A stretch of 64,000 nucleotides of DNA from a virus, in IMG/VR virus record IMGVR_UViG_3300030419_006726, positions 1-64,000 of that record, one strand, 5' to 3'. How positions within the stretch are numbered: position 1 is the stretch's first letter; each line of letters starts with the position of its first letter. The notes beneath the pieces are model-generated. The model did not search any database. It was not told the origin of the DNA and saw only the letters and a list, made by a program, of their open reading frames with translations. The translations under genes and the position numbers were made by a program. Positions 43,570 to 54,007 of this stretch are shown here, one piece after another.

Positions 43570-44943
43570 ATGAAATTTATAGGAAGTGAAAAGACTTTTA
43601 ATTTAAAATTAAAACAAGGTGGAAACGATTTTGTTTTTGACTTTACGTGTCCATTTAGAAACAAGAAGGTTGGCTTTGCGAAAAAGCCATTTGATTTTGT
43701 TTTGTCTTGTGACAATGAAGAGTTTGTAGGCGCCGGCGCCTTTGGCCAAGATGCATTATGGTTGCCAATTTCTAATGAATCTGGAATAAAAATTATTAGA
43801 GCAAAAGACAACGCAGATCAGATATTAAAAAATATTGAATATATTAAATCTATCAATTGTGATCTTTTTCCTAAAATCGATTGGTTTTGCAAAGCAGCAA
43901 TTAATAACGTTGATTGCGTCTTCGTACAAATGGAGAACATTCATGAACTTGATGAAGGAATGGAAGACATTCCATACTTGCACCACATCGATAGAGAATA
44001 TGTCAACAAGTTGGTTGCAACTCCCATATCCACCATACAAAAGTGTGTACAAGTTTTTGTCAAATACGAATTAATGCCAGAAGATACGTGGTATAAAAAT
44101 GGTGGATTTGGAACTAAGAATCTTATTAACGGAAAGCTAGTCGATTTTCACATGTTTGAACACACCCCAGGCAGATATAAAATGCCGGCAAATAACACGT
44201 CACATGAGATTTGTGAAAACATTTATCAAGCTGCTCTTAAAAGATATAGAAATTGGGCGATTCAAAGAAACGAAAGATTACCAAAATGGAAGGGTAAAAT
44301 TTATCAAGGAATGAAGTTTGATAATGATTACACCATGCCTGGCTATACGTCTGATGGTACATATTTTGATAGCTATACAAAGCTAAACTTTTTACCTCTT
44401 GATAAAATTAAAGGAGGCAAAGTTCTTGATTTAGGATCGAATCAAGGTTTCTTTTCTATGCAGTGTGCACTTCATGGCGCCGGCGAGGTAACAGGTGTTG
44501 AATTGACAACTGAAGATGTTCTACTGGCAAATGAAATTAAAAACAATATTATTAAACTAGATAACGTTAATTTTATCAACACAGATTTAATTGAATATCT
44601 CAATCAAGATACAAACTGGTATGAATTAATTATCATGAGTTCAGTGTTGCACCAAACGCATCCAGATTTATATAAGTGTGATGATTTTCTTCAATTGATA
44701 GGGTCTAAGTGTAGACGTTTCTTTTTCGAAACTCCGATTCGACACAAGCACTATATGTATTCAGTTCAACAAATAGACGAAAAGCTTAAGCAGCATTATC
44801 ACTCGGTTAGATTGGCTTACATTTATGATGCTTATTCTACTGGTGCCCGCGCTGTATTTTTATGCCACCCTTTAGACCCCGGATATAACAGCGAGGGTGA
44901 ATACATGAGGTGGGTTAATCAAGGCAGAGTCGGAAAAAGATGA
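43570..44943 (+). CDS. kinase-like domain fused to SAM methyltransferase
   Basis: VGAGAFG, GIKII, VQMENI, KN..KLVDF; C-terminal VLDLGSNQGFF..GVE..SVLH. Confidence 0.7.
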   Translation: MKFIGSEKTFNLKLKQGGNDFVFDFTCPFRNKKVGFAKKPFDFVLSCDNEEFVGAGAFGQDALWLPISNESGIKIIRAKDNADQILKNIEYIKSINCDLFPKIDWFCKAAINNVDCVFVQMENIHELDEGMEDIPYLHHIDREYVNKLVATPISTIQKCVQVFVKYELMPEDTWYKNGGFGTKNLINGKLVDFHMFEHTPGRYKMPANNTSHEICENIYQAALKRYRNWAIQRNERLPKWKGKIYQGMKFDNDYTMPGYTSDGTYFDSYTKLNFLPLDKIKGGKVLDLGSNQGFFSMQCALHGAGEVTGVELTTEDVLLANEIKNNIIKLDNVNFINTDLIEYLNQDTNWYELIIMSSVLHQTHPDLYKCDDFLQLIGSKCRRFFFETPIRHKHYMYSVQQIDEKLKQHYHSVRLAYIYDAYSTGARAVFLCHPLDPGYNSEGEYMRWVNQGRVGKR

Positions 44944-45776
44944 TTCAATGGTATGATGCAAATAATGCAAACTGTTATCGTGGAGGAAAGCGCGGTGTTG
45001 AGATGTACAATATTGCCTGCACCGATAGAAGACAAGCATATCCTGTAGCTACCGAAAAGTACAAAAATATTATAAACACGCTAAACACAGATGGCTTTTG
45101 CGTTGTAAAAAACGCTGTTGATCCCGCGCTACCCCAACAGCTAAAAAAAGAATTTGATAATCAAGCAACAGCTAACGAGAACCTTAAAGAGCACAATGAG
45201 CATTTTACTGTTGTTGATCAAGCTTTAGTTAACTGTCCGACAGTTAAAGATTTTGCTTTTTCAGATTTGGTCACAGACATCGCTTCTGAATATTTTAATT
45301 GCTTGCCGGCGTTGGGTACGTTCAATTTGAGAAAAAGCTATGTAAATACAGCCAACCCAGTAAAGCATCAGATTTTTCATTCTGATCCAAACAGTATTAA
45401 GTTTATAAAGTTCTTCTTCTATCTCAACGATGTCGATATAGATGGGGGCCCGTTTTGCATCGTAAAGGGCTCTTTGTATAGAAAGTTTTCTGGATGGCTT
45501 GACAAGTATCGATGGACTGAGCAAGAAATGAAAGCAATTTATGGCGATGATAGCATTCATTATTTAACGGCAAATGTTGGTGATATGATTATCGCAAACA
45601 CAACATGTTTTCACAGAGGAGTTCCACCGATTAAGCAAGACAGAATAATGTTGACGCTCAATTACGTGGTGCACCCCGAAGATTGGAAAGAGCCGACATT
45701 TCAAATTAAAAAAGATGATTATGAAAACCTGCCCGACAATGTAAAACCGGTAGCAGATTATTTAGTAAAAATATAA
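44940..45776 (+). CDS. PhyH-like 2OG-Fe(II) dioxygenase
   Basis: DGFCVV, FHSD, FFYLNDV..GGPF..GS, HRG..R. Confidence 0.85.
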   Translation: MIQWYDANNANCYRGGKRGVEMYNIACTDRRQAYPVATEKYKNIINTLNTDGFCVVKNAVDPALPQQLKKEFDNQATANENLKEHNEHFTVVDQALVNCPTVKDFAFSDLVTDIASEYFNCLPALGTFNLRKSYVNTANPVKHQIFHSDPNSIKFIKFFFYLNDVDIDGGPFCIVKGSLYRKFSGWLDKYRWTEQEMKAIYGDDSIHYLTANVGDMIIANTTCFHRGVPPIKQDRIMLTLNYVVHPEDWKEPTFQIKKDDYENLPDNVKPVADYLVKI

Positions 45777-45788
45777 AAGGAGTATACA

Positions 45789-46139
45789 ATGTTAACAGAT
45801 TTAAGACCATGGGGCAAATATGAGGTGCTCCTCGATGCTAAGGCTTGCAAGGTAAAGAGAATTATAGTCAATCCAGATTCTCAGCCAAGTTATCAATATC
45901 ACCACAAGAGAGATGAAATCTGGGTGATTGTATCTGGCGAAGGACTGGTTACGATCGAAAACGTAGAAAGCAATGTTTCGAAAGGAAACGTGATTCATGT
46001 TCCAAGAACCAAGAAGCACAGAATCAAGAACGTCGGAGAAGGCGAATTAGTTTTCATCGAAGTTCAGCTTGGCGAATACTTTGGCGAAGACGATATTGTC
46101 CGAGTCGAAGACGATTACAACAGACAAGATGATATATAA
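45789..46139 (+). CDS. cupin, mannose-6-phosphate isomerase type II-like
   Basis: RPWGKYEVL..SYQYHHKRDEIW..HRIKN..IEVQLG..EDDIVR.EDDY. Confidence 0.9.
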   Translation: MLTDLRPWGKYEVLLDAKACKVKRIIVNPDSQPSYQYHHKRDEIWVIVSGEGLVTIENVESNVSKGNVIHVPRTKKHRIKNVGEGELVFIEVQLGEYFGEDDIVRVEDDYNRQDDI

Positions 46140-47709
46140 AGTCTTTATACCAACTGCTGGCTTGGGTACCCGCCTAGGTCAGCTAAGCAAGAATATAAAC
46201 AAGGCCCTTGTTGCCGTTGACAACAAGCCTGTAATTTCACATGTAATTGAGAAGTTTCCAAAAGATGTGGAATTCGTTTTTGCGCTTGGCTATAAAGGCA
46301 ATTTAGTCCGTGATTATCTGCAGATAGCCCATCCTGACAGATTAATGACGTTTGTGGATGTTGATCCATATTGCGGTCCCGGAAGCGGCCTAGGCCGTAC
46401 TGTGCTCGAATGCGAGAGTTTTTTGCAATGTCCGTTCGTGTTCTGCACAAACGATGCTTTGATCCTAGAAAAGATCCCGCCACCAACTGAAAATTGGATG
46501 GGATTTACAGATATCGAAAATAACGAAAATTATCGTTCTGTCCGAATTGGAAAGCACGATGTTGTCGAAGAATTATACGAAAAGGACGAAGGCATTAATG
46601 CGAAACCATATATCGGATTAGCTGGAATATACGATTACAAGTCGTTTTGGCAAAACATGTCAGATGGCGTATTGTACGGATCAATACAGATCGGTGAATC
46701 ATATGCCTTGAGAAAGATGATCGAGGACAATGTAAAGATTAAAGCCAAGCAATTTACTTGGCACGATACCGGAACTTTGAGCACTTTGGCCCGGGCCAGA
46801 GAGATATTCAAAAGAAAGAATTCTCCGGAGATTCTAGAGAAGCCGAATGAGGCAATTTGGTTTGTAAACAATCGCGCCATCAAATTCGCAGAAGACAAGA
46901 CCTTTATAAGCGATAGAATCGAAAGATCTAAAGTTTTAAAAGGATACGTGCCAGAAATTGTAGATTCAAGCGACAATATGTACTGCTATAAGTTGATTAA
47001 CGGCAATACGATGTCAAAATGCATAACAAAACCGCTATTTTTGCGATTTTTGAGCTGGATTGGACACTTTTGGTCCGATACCGTGGGCGAATTCGGTCTA
47101 AACAAAGAAGAGAAATTGGAGTTTAAGCAGCGTTGTTTGTCATTTTATGAGGCCAAAACGAAAAGTCGCGTGCACCAATACTTTAATAGATTCAGCGTTT
47201 CAGACGCCGAAGAGGTGATTAACGGCGTAAAAGTGCCGAAATTATCATATTTGCTGCAAAAAGTCGATTGGGATCTGTTGTCTGACGGAAAGCCTTCAAG
47301 ATTTCATGGAGATTTGCACTTTGAAAACATATTGGTTGCTGAGAATGGCGAATTCTGCCTTTTAGACTGGAGACAGAATTTTTCGGGATTAAAAAAGTAT
47401 GGTGATATTTACTATGATTTAGCAAAACTCTATCACGGAATTGTTGTTTCTCACGAATTGGTAAACAAGAACTACTTCAATATCGACCGCGATGGTGGTA
47501 TTATTACTTTTGATATTCTTAGGAACCACAAACTGGTTGAGGCCGAGAAAGTATTCGAAAAATTTATAGTTGAAAAGGGATATGACCTGTATAAAGTGAA
47601 GTTGCTAACAGCACTGATTTTCTTAAACATCGCTGCGCTGCATCATTATCCATATTCTGAGTTTTTGTTTTATTTAGGAAAATATCAATTGAGTGAGTTG
47701 GTGAGTTAG
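46129..47709 (+). CDS. sugar nucleotidyltransferase fused to APH/choline-kinase-like phosphotransferase
   Basis: IPTAGLGTR..NKAL, WHDTG; FHGDLHFENI..LLDWR..GDIYYDLAKL. Confidence 0.88.
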   Translation: MIYKVFIPTAGLGTRLGQLSKNINKALVAVDNKPVISHVIEKFPKDVEFVFALGYKGNLVRDYLQIAHPDRLMTFVDVDPYCGPGSGLGRTVLECESFLQCPFVFCTNDALILEKIPPPTENWMGFTDIENNENYRSVRIGKHDVVEELYEKDEGINAKPYIGLAGIYDYKSFWQNMSDGVLYGSIQIGESYALRKMIEDNVKIKAKQFTWHDTGTLSTLARAREIFKRKNSPEILEKPNEAIWFVNNRAIKFAEDKTFISDRIERSKVLKGYVPEIVDSSDNMYCYKLINGNTMSKCITKPLFLRFLSWIGHFWSDTVGEFGLNKEEKLEFKQRCLSFYEAKTKSRVHQYFNRFSVSDAEEVINGVKVPKLSYLLQKVDWDLLSDGKPSRFHGDLHFENILVAENGEFCLLDWRQNFSGLKKYGDIYYDLAKLYHGIVVSHELVNKNYFNIDRDGGIITFDILRNHKLVEAEKVFEKFIVEKGYDLYKVKLLTALIFLNIAALHHYPYSEFLFYLGKYQLSELVS

Positions 47710-48704
47710 TGATTGAGTATCCAAAATTGTTTATCGGACCAATGACGAAAAATGTTGTTGATGCAATTATTAAATTTTGCGATGCCGAAAAGGAGAATAT
47801 TGGCTTGATTCCTTCGCGTCGACAGGTGGAGTGCGATGGAGGATACGTCAATAATTGGACGACTCAACGCTTTGCAGATTATGTCAAGCAGAGGTCGACA
47901 TTAATATTGCAACGCGATCATGGCGGCATAGGACAGGGCGACTGTTCCGCTAGAGCATCTTTTACGTCTGACGCATCTAGTGGATTTGATTTAATTCATA
48001 TTGATCCATGGAAGGTGTTCACAAATGTTGAGTCCGCTGCAGCTGAAACAGTGGCGAATATGAGATTTATCAATAGCATCAATCCCAATTGCAGATTTGA
48101 GGTCGGCACCGAAGAGGCGATAAGAAAATATGAGGTTGACGAGTTGGAGCAGTTTCTTGAGATTCTAGCACACAAGGATCCTGCATTGTTTGATAAGATA
48201 ATTTTCGTTGTTATACAGTCCGGAACGGGAATTCAGGGTACACAAAATATTGGTACGTTTGACGAGCAAAGATGCGCAGATATGATTGCATTGTGTAACA
48301 GATATAACGTCTTAAGCAAAGAGCACAACGGCGATTATCTCACTTCAGAACAGCTTGTTAAAAGGTTTAATTTGGGACTATCGGCAATTAACATCGCACC
48401 AGAATTCGGCGTCCTTGAAACCAAGTGTATATTGGATGCGATTGAAACTAAAGAGCAGTTTGATACATTTTTTGATTTATGTTATCAGTCTAATCGCTGG
48501 CAAAAATGGTTGCCAGAAGATTTTGAATTAACAAATAAAAACAAACGTGATATAGTAATGGTTAGTGGTCATTATGTTTTCGCATGCAATCAGTTTATCG
48601 AACTTAAACAGCAACTGCAAGGCATCGACACCAGAATTCGTAACATAATATACCATAGATTGAAGGAGCTATCGTGCGCGATAAAGTCATCGCTTTTGAT
48701 TTAG
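47709..48704 (+). CDS. GatZ/KbaZ-like TIM-barrel protein (aldolase/epimerase-like)
   Basis: SRRQV..GGY, RDHGG, IHIDP, EVGTEE, KEHNGDY, NIAPEFG. Confidence 0.8.
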   Translation: MIEYPKLFIGPMTKNVVDAIIKFCDAEKENIGLIPSRRQVECDGGYVNNWTTQRFADYVKQRSTLILQRDHGGIGQGDCSARASFTSDASSGFDLIHIDPWKVFTNVESAAAETVANMRFINSINPNCRFEVGTEEAIRKYEVDELEQFLEILAHKDPALFDKIIFVVIQSGTGIQGTQNIGTFDEQRCADMIALCNRYNVLSKEHNGDYLTSEQLVKRFNLGLSAINIAPEFGVLETKCILDAIETKEQFDTFFDLCYQSNRWQKWLPEDFELTNKNKRDIVMVSGHYVFACNQFIELKQQLQGIDTRIRNIIYHRLKELSCAIKSSLLI

Positions 48705-49042
48705 ATGATGTGATTTGCTACAGAGACGAAGAAGAGGGAAAAATAAAGAAATATTTTTCTTGCAAGCCTTATTACGACATGATTGAGATTGTCAATCAAT
48801 GTCACGAACAGGGCGCCTACATAGTCATCTACACAGCCAGAGGAATGACATCTTTTGCTGGCAATCTTCATGATGTGTACGATAATTTATATCAACTTAC
48901 AAAAAATCAGCTAGATGATTGGGGCGTAAAATATCACAAACTTGCAATGGGCAAGCTTCACTATGATTTATTGATCGATGATAAGGCGGTAAGCTCATAT
49001 GACGTTGCAGGAATTGACTATATAAAGGAAAAGTTACAATGA
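48674..49042 (+). CDS. small HAD phosphatase (capsule-biosynthesis type)
   Basis: FDLDDVI, YTARG, GK..D..IDDK. Confidence 0.88.
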   Translation: MRDKVIAFDLDDVICYRDEEEGKIKKYFSCKPYYDMIEIVNQCHEQGAYIVIYTARGMTSFAGNLHDVYDNLYQLTKNQLDDWGVKYHKLAMGKLHYDLLIDDKAVSSYDVAGIDYIKEKLQ

Positions 49043-50640
49043 AAAGAGAAGATTTTAGAGTTTTGATTATATATCCAAACTTGAGCATGATGCTGACGCC
49101 CTCTTATGCTATTGGGCTGTGGACCACGATTCTTAAAGAACAAAAATATGATGTAGATCTTTTTGATTGTACTCCCTATATGCCAACTTATGAATTTATT
49201 GGCAAACAGGACGAGGATGTTGTCGAAATTCAGAAGTCCATGGATGAATCAGCTAGCGCAACTCGTGCCAACAAATTTATGGCCAGTCGCAAGTATGATC
49301 CCATCAAATTGTTTGGTAGTCCAAAGACAGATCTTCTTGGTGATTTCACCGCAAAACTTGAAGAATTCAAGCCACATGTGGCGATCATATCAACGTTGGT
49401 TGAGGACACGTGGCCCCAAGCAAAGGATCTATTAAAAGCGCTTTCGAAATATCCAGAGATCAAATCAATCGTTGGTGGCGTTTTCCCAACTATGGCACCG
49501 GAAGAAGTGATCGCAGATCCCAATGTCAATTGCATTGCCGAAGGCGAGGGGGAGCACACTATACCTGAATTTTGTGAAGCTGTTCGAAATGGGATTGCTC
49601 CAGTCAATATTAGGGGCACGCGTGTTAAGGGTGAGGACGGAACCATCCGGACAAATTCTCCAAGAGCCTTGGTGGATGTCAATGATTTAATTCCAGACTT
49701 CTCTCTGTTTGACGAACGACGATTTTTAAGACCACTTGGTGCGAAAATCTGGAAAGCAATGCCGATTGAGACATACAGGGGTTGTCCGTATAAGTGTGCT
49801 TTTTGCAATTCTCCTACTCAGGTATTTCTTGCAAAGCAGAAGAATCAAGGTCGATACACCAGACGAAAGACCATGGACACTCTACGTCGAGAACTTGAGG
49901 CAATGGTTGAAAGGTATAATCCTAACTTTTTATATATCAATGATGATGCCTTCATGGCTCGACCTACCAGCGAGATCAAAGAGTTTGCAGAAATGTATAA
50001 GGACTTCAAAATGCCTTTCTGGTGCCAGACTAGGTTTGAGGATGTTAGCGAGGATAAAATTGGATGGCTTACTGAAGTCGGTCTTTATCGTATGTCTTTT
50101 GGACTGGAGCATGGAAACCAAGAGTTTCGTAGAAAAAAATTGTTTCGAAATATCACCAACAAATCTATGATAGAGAAGGCTAAAATACTCGGAGATTTTA
50201 AAGTCCCATATTCTATGAACATTATTATTGGTATGCCTTATGAAACGCGTGAGTTAATCTTTGACACCATCAATCTAGCCATAGACATAGAGACATTTGA
50301 TTCTCTTGCTGTTAATATTTTTGCCCCCTATCGCGGCACCGTGTTGCGCAAGAATGCTATTGACGAAGGTTGGCTAGATCCAACACTACAGTGTACTTCA
50401 TTCATCGAGAAATCTGTATTAAGAATGCCGAAACCATATCTGCAACCTGAAGAGATGTTAGGCCTGCAGAGAGTGTTTCCACTATACGTTACAATGCCGA
50501 AATCTTATTATCCGGATATTGAAAGGGCAGAAAAGTTCGATAGCGTGGGAAATGAAATATTCGAAAGATTATCAGAGAAGTATTATATTGATAAATATGG
50601 AACCAGTGAAGCTGATAGGATGCTTACCTATGCTGGCTAA
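49039..50640 (+). CDS. B12-binding radical SAM enzyme (class B-like)
   Basis: VGGVFPT, GEGE, RGCPYKCAFC, DDAF, GLEHG, IIGMPYET. Confidence 0.92.
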   Translation: MKREDFRVLIIYPNLSMMLTPSYAIGLWTTILKEQKYDVDLFDCTPYMPTYEFIGKQDEDVVEIQKSMDESASATRANKFMASRKYDPIKLFGSPKTDLLGDFTAKLEEFKPHVAIISTLVEDTWPQAKDLLKALSKYPEIKSIVGGVFPTMAPEEVIADPNVNCIAEGEGEHTIPEFCEAVRNGIAPVNIRGTRVKGEDGTIRTNSPRALVDVNDLIPDFSLFDERRFLRPLGAKIWKAMPIETYRGCPYKCAFCNSPTQVFLAKQKNQGRYTRRKTMDTLRRELEAMVERYNPNFLYINDDAFMARPTSEIKEFAEMYKDFKMPFWCQTRFEDVSEDKIGWLTEVGLYRMSFGLEHGNQEFRRKKLFRNITNKSMIEKAKILGDFKVPYSMNIIIGMPYETRELIFDTINLAIDIETFDSLAVNIFAPYRGTVLRKNAIDEGWLDPTLQCTSFIEKSVLRMPKPYLQPEEMLGLQRVFPLYVTMPKSYYPDIERAEKFDSVGNEIFERLSEKYYIDKYGTSEADRMLTYAG

Positions 50641-50658
50641 TAAACAGGAGAGAATAAA

Positions 50659-51006
50659 ATGAATTTAGAAAATGTTGCTAGAGATTATTTTTCTGCCTTT
50701 GAAGGTAAAAAGTTGGATACGTTGTTCGACATGTTTCATGAAGATGTATCTCTTAAGGATTGGAATCTATCGGCCCAAGGTAGACGGTCTGTGTTGGTTG
50801 CGAATGCTGAAATATTTGACGCTATCGATAAAATAAGTGTAAATGTACAAAATCTATATTTATGTGGTATGACAGTTGTAGCAGAGCTTTTGATACTGGC
50901 CGATGATCAGGAGCCCTTGCCAGTTGTTGATATCATTAAATTCCATCCAGAATCTGTTGATGGCAATTTTAAGATCGAATCGATTGTCGCCTATAGGGGC
51001 AATTAA
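50659..51006 (+). CDS. SnoaL/NTF2-like protein
   Basis: YFSAFE..MFHEDVSLKDW..VVDIIKF..I.AYRG. Confidence 0.75.
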   Translation: MNLENVARDYFSAFEGKKLDTLFDMFHEDVSLKDWNLSAQGRRSVLVANAEIFDAIDKISVNVQNLYLCGMTVVAELLILADDQEPLPVVDIIKFHPESVDGNFKIESIVAYRGN

Positions 51007-51825
51007 ATGAAAACAGCAGTTTGCTTTAGTGGTCTTGTTGGAAGCACAAAAGGGAAAAGCCAAGAATTGATAGGCGATTTCAGTAAGTGTTTTGAAATTA
51101 GCTCCACTCTTTACAAGGAACACATCTTGGCCAAAAATGATGTAGATGTGTTTGTGCACTCTTGGTCAACGGGGGTCAAAGATCAGATCCTTGAAGCATA
51201 CGAGCCTAAAAAACACATCATTGAGAAGCAGAGAGTGTTTAATACTCCCAAGTATGACATCTTGAGAGAGACACCTGAAATTCGAAAACAAACCCACTAT
51301 AGTCTGTGGTACAGTCGCAAGATGGCAACACAACTTAAGTCAGAATACGAAAAAGAGCACGGTTTCAAATATGACTGTGTAATGTTGGCGCGATTTGATT
51401 TAGCGTGGCAAACCGATCTTATTTTTGAAGACCACGATCAACAGTATTTTTGGACCCAGAAATGGCCAAAGAAAATCTTAAATGGGCGAATGCTCAAAGA
51501 CTTAGACTATTGGAAGTTGCGTGAGCGCAATCTTGACTTTAAGACAAAGTGGTGGGGATACCCTCACAACAACGATGGTTTGCTGGGGATGTGGTTTTTC
51601 TCAAACTCAGATAATATTGATCAATTTGTGACCATGTATGATCGTTTGGACGAATATTCTTTGCCCAACAAGTGTCCGTTAGATGGATCTGGAAGGATGT
51701 CAGCTCACCAACAGTGCCTGTATCACTTGCAACAGTTGGGTATAGAAGATCGATTAAGATTTTGCGACAAAAACTGGCACGATGACTGCCCATCTGTAAG
51801 AAGAAAATATTACAAGGAAAAATAA
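51007..51825 (+). CDS. putative glycosyltransferase-like protein
   Basis: AVCFSG..DVFVHSW..YDCVMLARFD pattern recalled from viral glycan clusters. Confidence 0.6.
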   Translation: MKTAVCFSGLVGSTKGKSQELIGDFSKCFEISSTLYKEHILAKNDVDVFVHSWSTGVKDQILEAYEPKKHIIEKQRVFNTPKYDILRETPEIRKQTHYSLWYSRKMATQLKSEYEKEHGFKYDCVMLARFDLAWQTDLIFEDHDQQYFWTQKWPKKILNGRMLKDLDYWKLRERNLDFKTKWWGYPHNNDGLLGMWFFSNSDNIDQFVTMYDRLDEYSLPNKCPLDGSGRMSAHQQCLYHLQQLGIEDRLRFCDKNWHDDCPSVRRKYYKEK

Positions 51826-51826
51826 C

Positions 51827-52741
51827 ATGAAAAAATATGCGATTTGTATACCAAGTTCTGATGATTTTGCACTGCCCACGGCTGTGTTGATTTATTCATT
51901 AGAGAAAAACTTTAAAGCTTATGAGGATTGTGATATCATTGTTCCATACAACACTTTAACTGAAGTTGGTATGAGTATAATTCGCAAAGCTGCACCAAAC
52001 GTTATTTTTAAAAAACCGAAGGATTCTTCATTTTATGAGATCATTCCTGGCACATTTTATGGTAAAGATAACTATGATGTATATTTGTCATTTGAGGCTT
52101 TTTCTCAAGAGGGTTATGAAAAAACTATTTACATGGATGCTGATATGTTGTGCATTAAAGATTTTTCGGATGCCCTTAAATATCCTCACGATGTTACATG
52201 GAGAAATCCAAATCTTGGAATTCTTATAGCAGACAAAAAGTGTGTGCCCTCTGCGTATTACAAATTAATTGATTTAGTAAAAAGAGATAGTAAAATTAGA
52301 AATGATTCCGGAGGTGACCAAAAGGCCGTAAGACATATGTATGGAAGAGAGTCTAAAAAAGTTAAGTTTATTTCAGAGTTGTATAATTTTCAATCTTGGG
52401 GTGGCGGTGGAAAAGGAAGTAATAAAAATTTCTTAAAGTACAAGGACCAGATAAAAGTCATTCACTATTCTGGATCCAGAAAGCCATGGGGTAATGTGTG
52501 GGATGGCACGCGTTATGATAAAAATAGTATAAAATATCCTTATCTAATGTTTCATTGCGAGGCAGTTAAGATTTGGCATGAATATTATGAAGATTTTAAA
52601 AACTACCGAATAGGCGAAACCTTAAGTCCTTTTGAAAAGTATGAAATTCAAAACAATGTATTTCTCAAAGACACCCCTGGCAGTGTTGACGGTTTATCGA
52701 AAATAGAAGAACAGTATCTTTGCAAAAGAGGGGACAAATAG
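51827..52741 (+). CDS. GT8-family glycosyltransferase
   Basis: IYMDADML, GDQ, YN, IHYSGSRKPW. Confidence 0.85.
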   Translation: MKKYAICIPSSDDFALPTAVLIYSLEKNFKAYEDCDIIVPYNTLTEVGMSIIRKAAPNVIFKKPKDSSFYEIIPGTFYGKDNYDVYLSFEAFSQEGYEKTIYMDADMLCIKDFSDALKYPHDVTWRNPNLGILIADKKCVPSAYYKLIDLVKRDSKIRNDSGGDQKAVRHMYGRESKKVKFISELYNFQSWGGGGKGSNKNFLKYKDQIKVIHYSGSRKPWGNVWDGTRYDKNSIKYPYLMFHCEAVKIWHEYYEDFKNYRIGETLSPFEKYEIQNNVFLKDTPGSVDGLSKIEEQYLCKRGDK

Positions 52742-53736
52742 TGAAGGTATTTGTTGCTGGCGGCGCCGGATATATCGGAACCAGATTGTCTAATGATCTT
52801 TGCGCATCCGGTCACGATGTCACTGTGCTGGATAGGTTTTGGTTTGGAAATCACCTAGACCATAGAATAAAACAAATCTGCACTGGCGTGCTTAAGATCA
52901 AAGATGATGCTTTAATTGGCTATGATGCTGTAGTTTTTCTAGCTGGTCTATCGAATGATCCAATGGCAGATTTTGATCCTGCCGGCAATTTTATTGAAAA
53001 CGGCGCGGCTCCTGCATATTTGGCATATGTTGCCAAAAAATGCGGCGTTCCAAGATATGTTTACGCAAGTTCTTGCAGCGTATATGGATTTACCGATAAT
53101 GAAGAAATGGATGAAAATTCAGAACCCAGCCCACAATATCCATATGGCATTGCAAAACTTCAAGCAGAAAAAGCTATTATGATGCTTGAGGACGAGAGCT
53201 TCAGGCCCATATCGATAAGAAAGGGAACTGTAGGTGGTTGGTCGCCAAGAATGAGGTATGATCTTGTAGTAAATACAATGACAAAATACGCTCTTACAGA
53301 GGGTAGGATTACTGTTAATAATCCAACCTTGTGGCGGCCACTAGTTGATATCCGCGATGTTGTACAGGCATATAAATTGTCGATAGAGGCCGATCTAAAT
53401 ACAGCTGGAATATTCAACATTTCTTATGAAAACTATACCATCAAGAGAATCGCCACCGAGATAAAGGACGCTTTGTTGCAATTTGGACACTCGACAGATA
53501 TATTGATCAACAACGTTGCAGATATTAGAAACTATAAAGCGACAAACCAGAGAGCAAAAGATCTCTTGGGCTTTGATCCAAAGTACACCGTAGCAGACTC
53601 TGTGGCTGAAATAATGAATAATATTACTAAAGTACATGGGTCATATGATTTCTCTGATGATTCTTACTATAACATAGCAACATATAAAAAGTTTTTTAGC
53701 TTGGAGCAGGACAATGACCATTCAAGAATACTATGA
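52741..53736 (+). CDS. NAD-dependent epimerase/dehydratase (extended SDR)
   Basis: GGAGYIG, LAGLSNDP, ASSCSVYG, YGIAK. Confidence 0.92.
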   Translation: MKVFVAGGAGYIGTRLSNDLCASGHDVTVLDRFWFGNHLDHRIKQICTGVLKIKDDALIGYDAVVFLAGLSNDPMADFDPAGNFIENGAAPAYLAYVAKKCGVPRYVYASSCSVYGFTDNEEMDENSEPSPQYPYGIAKLQAEKAIMMLEDESFRPISIRKGTVGGWSPRMRYDLVVNTMTKYALTEGRITVNNPTLWRPLVDIRDVVQAYKLSIEADLNTAGIFNISYENYTIKRIATEIKDALLQFGHSTDILINNVADIRNYKATNQRAKDLLGFDPKYTVADSVAEIMNNITKVHGSYDFSDDSYYNIATYKKFFSLEQDNDHSRIL

Positions 53737-54007
53737 ACATTATTTGACACTACATCAGAATAAGTGGTGTAGGCGCCTACATGCGTTGGGTCAAATTGCA
53801 ACCGTTGGGTATGTTATTGCAATTGTATCTGCACAACTATGGTGGCTGTTATTGGCCGCACCATTTGTAGTTTATCCATTTGCTTGGAGTGGTCACTTCT
53901 TTTTTGAAAAAAATAAGCCCGCCGCATGGTTTAATCCAGTTAAAGCAAAGATTTGCGACTGGATCATGTGTCGCGACATGATTATGGGAAGATTGAATAA
54001 TGATTAA
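53714..54007 (+). CDS. DUF962/Mpo1-like membrane protein
   Basis: YLTLHQN..RRLH..AWSGHFFFEKNKPA. Confidence 0.85.
   Translation: MTIQEYYEHYLTLHQNKWCRRLHALGQIATVGYVIAIVSAQLWWLLLAAPFVVYPFAWSGHFFFEKNKPAAWFNPVKAKICDWIMCRDMIMGRLNND

Noticed and set aside
42718-45776. 2OG dioxygenases plus glycosyltransferases as a TET/JBP DNA hypermodification system
   Set aside because: Motifs look PhyH-like rather than TET/JBP, and no DNA methylase or nucleotide hydroxymethylase is nearby. Kept only as an alternative to test.
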